Part shown: positions 59,431 through 64,000 of the stretch, one piece after another
Numbering within the stretch: position 1 is the first letter of the stretch
Layout of the letters: every line of letters begins with the position of its first letter
Source of the DNA: an uncultured Verrucomicrobiae bacterium
GTDB lineage: Bacteria; Verrucomicrobiota; Verrucomicrobiia; Limisphaerales; Palsa-1400
Length of the DNA: 64,000 nucleotides
Assembly (NCBI GenBank): GCA_963707025.1
Contig: CAVPOM010000006.1
Span: 544,001 to 608,000 of the forward strand
Reading direction: 5' to 3'
Made by a program: the position numbers and the translations under genes
Notes under the pieces: generated by a model
Seen by the model: the letters and a program-made list of their open reading frames with translations, nothing else
Databases searched by the model: none
Told to the model about the DNA's origin: nothing

Positions 59431-62400
59431 TCAGTTTCCCAGAATCCGATAAAACGCCGCCGCGTTGGTCGCCGGGATGATCAGGCCGTTGGTGTTGAGC
59501 AGCCCGCCGACATTGATCCAGTCCGTTGTGGCAAGATTGGTGTTCATTTGCACCTGGTACGGCCCGGCCCCGCCGCTCCAGTTCAATTGGAAATTGCCGC
59601 CTGCTATCAGCGCGGGGGCAGCGCCAATCGTAATGATGTCAGTGGTCACGCTGATCAACATCGTGGCCGTGCCGGACAGGCCGCCCGGATCGGTCACGCC
59701 CACGACGAAGCTATTCGTTCCAACATCGGTGCTGGCAGGCGTGCCGGAGAGCGCGCCGTTGGCTGCCACACTCAACCAGGCCGGACCGCTGATTTTCGAG
59801 AAGGCCAGCGTGCTGGCGAAATCATCCGGGTCGGTGGCATTGGTGGCGATGGCGCCCGCGTAAGCGTGGTTGGCCACCACGGCGGGCAGGGTGAAGGGGT
59901 TGGCCATAAACGACGGCGCCTGGTCGCCCGCCGGATAAAGATTGCCCTGGGGGATCACCTGCCAGGGCTGGTTGGGATTCGACCACGCTAATTGAGCCTC
60001 CGAGCTGCCGCCGTCGTTGTAATAATCCATTTCGATGTTATACTTTTGGCCGGCGGTGAGGACCAGGTTTGTGCTGTAGGTCGTAGGCCCCTCGTCCACC
60101 CACGCATTGGCGATCACAAGCTGGTTGCCGACCCAGAGCCGCCCTCCATCGTCCACGGTTATGTAGAACGTGTTGGTTCCGGTAAAAGGCGCCCTGACCT
60201 GGCCGGTCCAGCGCACCGCAAAATTTGTGACAGGCTGGCCGGGAGCGAACGGAGTGGTTCCCCAGGTGGTTTCGTTTATCCCCGGGTCAACCCGCGTCAG
60301 AACCAGGGGCGCCGCGCTGTCGTTGGTGATATAATTATTAAAGCTGGTGTAATTGGAGTAATAATGGCCGAGCAATCCCGTGCCGGCTCCCGGCGGATAA
60401 TTCGTTCCGGCAATAAAGTGGGCCTGAACTTGAGCGGCGCTTAACGGATAGTTGTAGAGCGCGACGTTCGCTATCGAACCCACGAACTGGTCGTTCCGAA
60501 CCGCCGCCGCGCTGGATTGCCGCGCTCCGATGTTCACCGGCGCGCCGCCGGCCGCCAATTCGCCTTCTCCCGGCGCTGGCTCGGAGGAAAAACCCGGGAT
60601 CGAATCCCCGTTGGCCGAACCGTCGAGGTAGAGGAACATGATGCTGTTGGCCTCGTCCACGACCCCGGCCAGGTGATGCCATTGGCCGTCGGCCGCGCCG
60701 CCGAGGTTGATCTGGTGAGCCAGGGTGTTGCCGGTGGCATCATGCCAGATCCAGCGGTAGGTGGTGCCGGAAACATCGAGATCGAAATTCTCCGTTCCAC
60801 CGCCGGCGCCTTGCGTCACGATGCCCGCGCCGTCGCCATTTTGCGAGGTGCTGAAATTGACCCAGGCTTCCACCGAGTATTCCGCGTTGCCGGAAACCAG
60901 CATCTGGGAGAAATCAATGCCCGCGATATTGCCGGCATAACTGTTGCTGGCGGCCGACGGGCCAAGGAGGTTCGTCTCACCAAAGGCCGCGGCGCAGTCC
61001 GGCTCGTCCGCCGGGATGCATGCTACTCCCAGCAAAACGCCGCCGAGGTATTGGCCGTTATGGTCGCCGACGTAATCATACGCCACCGTGCTGTTGGACG
61101 GCTCGTTCAAATGCCAGAAGGCGATGGGGTTGTCCGCCAGGATCCTCTGCACGTAAGCGCTGGTCAGCGCCGGCACGGCGATTACCGTCACCGTGCTGCT
61201 GATGAGCAAGTTAAGGGAGTTGGTGATGACGCACTTGTAGGTATTGGCGCCCGCCAAGGCATTGAACGTGTAAATCCCATTGGTCGCGCCGGGGATCGCG
61301 GTCGTGCCGTTTTGATACCACTGGAAGACGGGATTCCCGCCCTTGACCGCCACGGCATAGGTGAGCTGGCGGCCCGCATAGACGGTGATGGACAGCGGGC
61401 TTGGGTTGGTGAGCAGGGTGAGCGGGCCGGTCACAACGGAGAGGGGCGAATTGGCGCTCTGAATGCTGCCGTACTGATTTGTCACCACCACGTAATAGTT
61501 GCCGTCCTGGCCGGTTTGCACGCCGGTTAGAAAAAGGACGGCATTGGTGGCCCCCGCAATGGCCCCCCCTGGGCTGTGCCATTGATAGAAAAGAGGCGCG
61601 GTTCCCAGGGCCGTCACGCTGTTGCTCGCGGTGGTGCCCTGGTTGGGCTGCCAGGTCGTGAGTGGTTGTTGCGTGATAAAAGGCGCGACACCAGCCGACA
61701 AATACATTTGCTGAATCTGGTTCGAGGTGAGCGCATTGGCAAAGAGAGTGACTTCGTCGAACGCTTCCCCCGAACAGCCGGCCCGTTCCATAATCCGGCG
61801 CGCCGCCTATCCAGAAATCCGATGAATCCCCGCCCACCGTCTTTGCCGCGCTGTTGGCCCCGGCCAGTTGACCGTCCACATAGATATATTGCGCGGTGCC
61901 GCTATAGACGCCGGCCAATTGATGCCAGGTCGAGTTCGCCACGGAGCTCGGACCCACCACATCGCCATTGCCCCCGTCCGCGAAGTGAGGTTTATGGCTG
62001 GTATCCACGTCCAGGCGATAGGACGAGTCGCCTTTGCCCGCGACAGTTTGGAAATTGCCGCCGCCGGAGGTCTTAATCCACGCTAGCATGCTCATCGGAC
62101 CAGTAAAGTTAAGAGAGCTTCCGGGGATATCAATGTAGGCTGATACGCCGTTGAGTGACACGGCATAGTTGGGTGATCCCATTCCAGGATTAGGCGCTCC
62201 CGCCGCCTTGTTGACGACGCCGCCGACGTAGTTGCCGTTGTTGCCGCCGACATAATCATAGGCCACCGTTCCATTGGTTTCCTTCAGAGGCCAGAAGGCA
62301 ACCGGGTTGGCCGCCAGCACGGCCTGCTGGTATGGAGCAGGCGCCACGACCGTGACTGACACCACGCTGCTGGTGACAGCGCCCAGGGAGTTGCTCAACA

Positions 62401-64000
62401 CCGCCGTATAAGCGCCCGAGTTGGTCAGTCGCGCGTTGCTCAACGTGTAGCTGGCGCTGTTGGCCGCGGGGATGTTTGTCCCGTCGAATTGCCAATAGTA
62501 ACCCACTGGCACTGCCCCGTTGCCGGACACAGCGAAGGAGGCGCCCAGGCCCGTGAACAGAAAAAGATTGGTCAGCGCCGGTTGCTGCGTGATCACCGGT
62601 GTCCGGTAAACGGTCAGGATGGCGACGGAACTGGTGACGGCGCCGGCATTATTCGTCACCACTACATAGTAACTGCCAGCCTGGCTGGACTGAACGTCGG
62701 GCAGTGTCAGCGAGCTGGCGGTGGCCCCGCCTATCAGGCCAGCCGGACCATACCATTGGAAGGAGAGAGGCGGAGCGCCCATCGCCACCGCGCCAAAGGT
62801 CGAGCTTGACCCGATGACATTGTTGGTCGCGGACTGCGGCTGCAGCGTGATCGCCGGCTGGGGCGGCATCAGGTCCCCGCTCACTGCGAATACTCCCGAA
62901 TCCCCGGATGCGCCGGGCTTGGTAAAGGTGATGGACGAGACGGGCTGGTTGGATCCCAGCGCCGCAAGATTGATGGCAGTCTGATAAAGGTTGGGATTGC
63001 TGCTGCCGTTATTTTCGGTGGAAAGGCCGGAGTTATTCAAGTCCAGCCGGCCAAATCCTTGCAGGGCCACATTGGAGGTGGTGTTGAACCAATCCTGGGC
63101 GTTGAAATTAAAGGTGGAACTGGACGATCCATTGGCGAAATGGATCACGCACGTTCCTTGCGCTCCTCCGTTGGCCGAGGAGGCCAGCACCGCCAGGGTA
63201 TTATACGATTGCGGCGTTGTCAGGGTGAGCGTGCCGGAAACGGCATAGCCGCCGCCCATCAGCAGCACGTTCTGGCCGCCGTAAGGCCCGAATTGAAAGA
63301 CCGACGATCCATCCGCGGAACTGGTGAAAAGACCGCTGGCGGGCAGCCCCTGCGTGCCGCCGCTGCCTTGCACCGCGGGATTGGTATTCAACCCGGCTTG
63401 ATAGAAGGCGATATTGTTCGCGAGGTCGAATCCGGTCGCTCCTTTGTTGCCCGTGGTCGCGTTGGCCGGAACAATCACGCCCGCGTTGAATCCCGTGACC
63501 GCGATCGGAAAGTTGGCCGTCGAGACGGTCAAGGTGAACAGCCGGTATTCCACCACGGTGCTGGTCTGATTGGTGAACCAGACATTCGCCAGATAAACTC
63601 CTGTCTGCAAATTGCTCACGGCTGCCGCGTCCAAAGCCACCGTCACCGCCGCCGGGCCGCCTCCGGGCGTGAGCGTGCCGCCCACCGGCGAGACATCCAG
63701 CCAAGCCGGGCCGCCGCCCGCGCCCCAATTGAACGCAGCCGCGCCCGTGTTGGTCAGGGACAAGATCAGATTAGTGGCGATGGCGGCAGCGCCGTAAGGC
63801 TGGACGGCCGCGAAACCGACTCCGGGGGTGATTTGCAGCGCATCGGTCGGCGCCGCCAGGTAGTTGATCAAGGCTGCCCCGTTGGGACTGCCCCAACCGG
63901 TGGCCAGATCGTAACCGGGATAGGCGAAAAAGTTCGCCGGGCTGCCGCTGTTGGTGTCATTGCCCGTGGTTATATCATGGAAGAGGTTGGTATAGTTGGC
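59431..64000 (-). CDS. large secreted multidomain protein: S53 peptidase C-terminus, Ig, LamG x2, PA14, cadherin-like, FYR tail (5' truncated; +1 frameshift near 61765)
   Basis: FHDITTGND...GYDLATGWGSP at window end; ITQQP Ig repeats; WHQLAGV/WHHLAGV LamG; FAVRWTG..DDGGRLW PA14; ends AAFYRILGN. Confidence 0.85.

Overview
High-GC bacterial chromosomal segment. Gene content, repeat families and protein style suggest Verrucomicrobiota (Pedosphaera/Limisphaera-like); this is an inference. It carries housekeeping genes (recG, serA-like, murJ, mgtA, rpmH-rnpA-yidD-yidC-jag, xseB-dxs, rlmD), many secreted or carbohydrate-active proteins, and a sigma-54 two-component locus. Mobile content is a complete group II intron, an IS630 interrupting a carbohydrate-active gene, a DUF559 nuclease gene bracketed by palindromic repeats, decayed toxin-antitoxin genes and several MITE/REP/microsatellite families. 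Seven single-base insertions break six otherwise intact genes and are probably sequencing errors. Best leads: (1) the same ~120-aa domain is inserted in frame into extracytoplasmic loops of two unrelated membrane proteins, MgtA and YidC; (2) two sigma-54 promoters share a paired TGGG-N8-CCCA enhancer with 42-bp spacing, 87-88 bp upstream; (3) three secreted proteins share a C-terminal 'FYR' domain, and exported proteins are rich in Thr-Asn; (4) the intron EBS1 matches a GTCAAAC repeat motif; (5) REP hairpins are wrapped inside IS-like termini.
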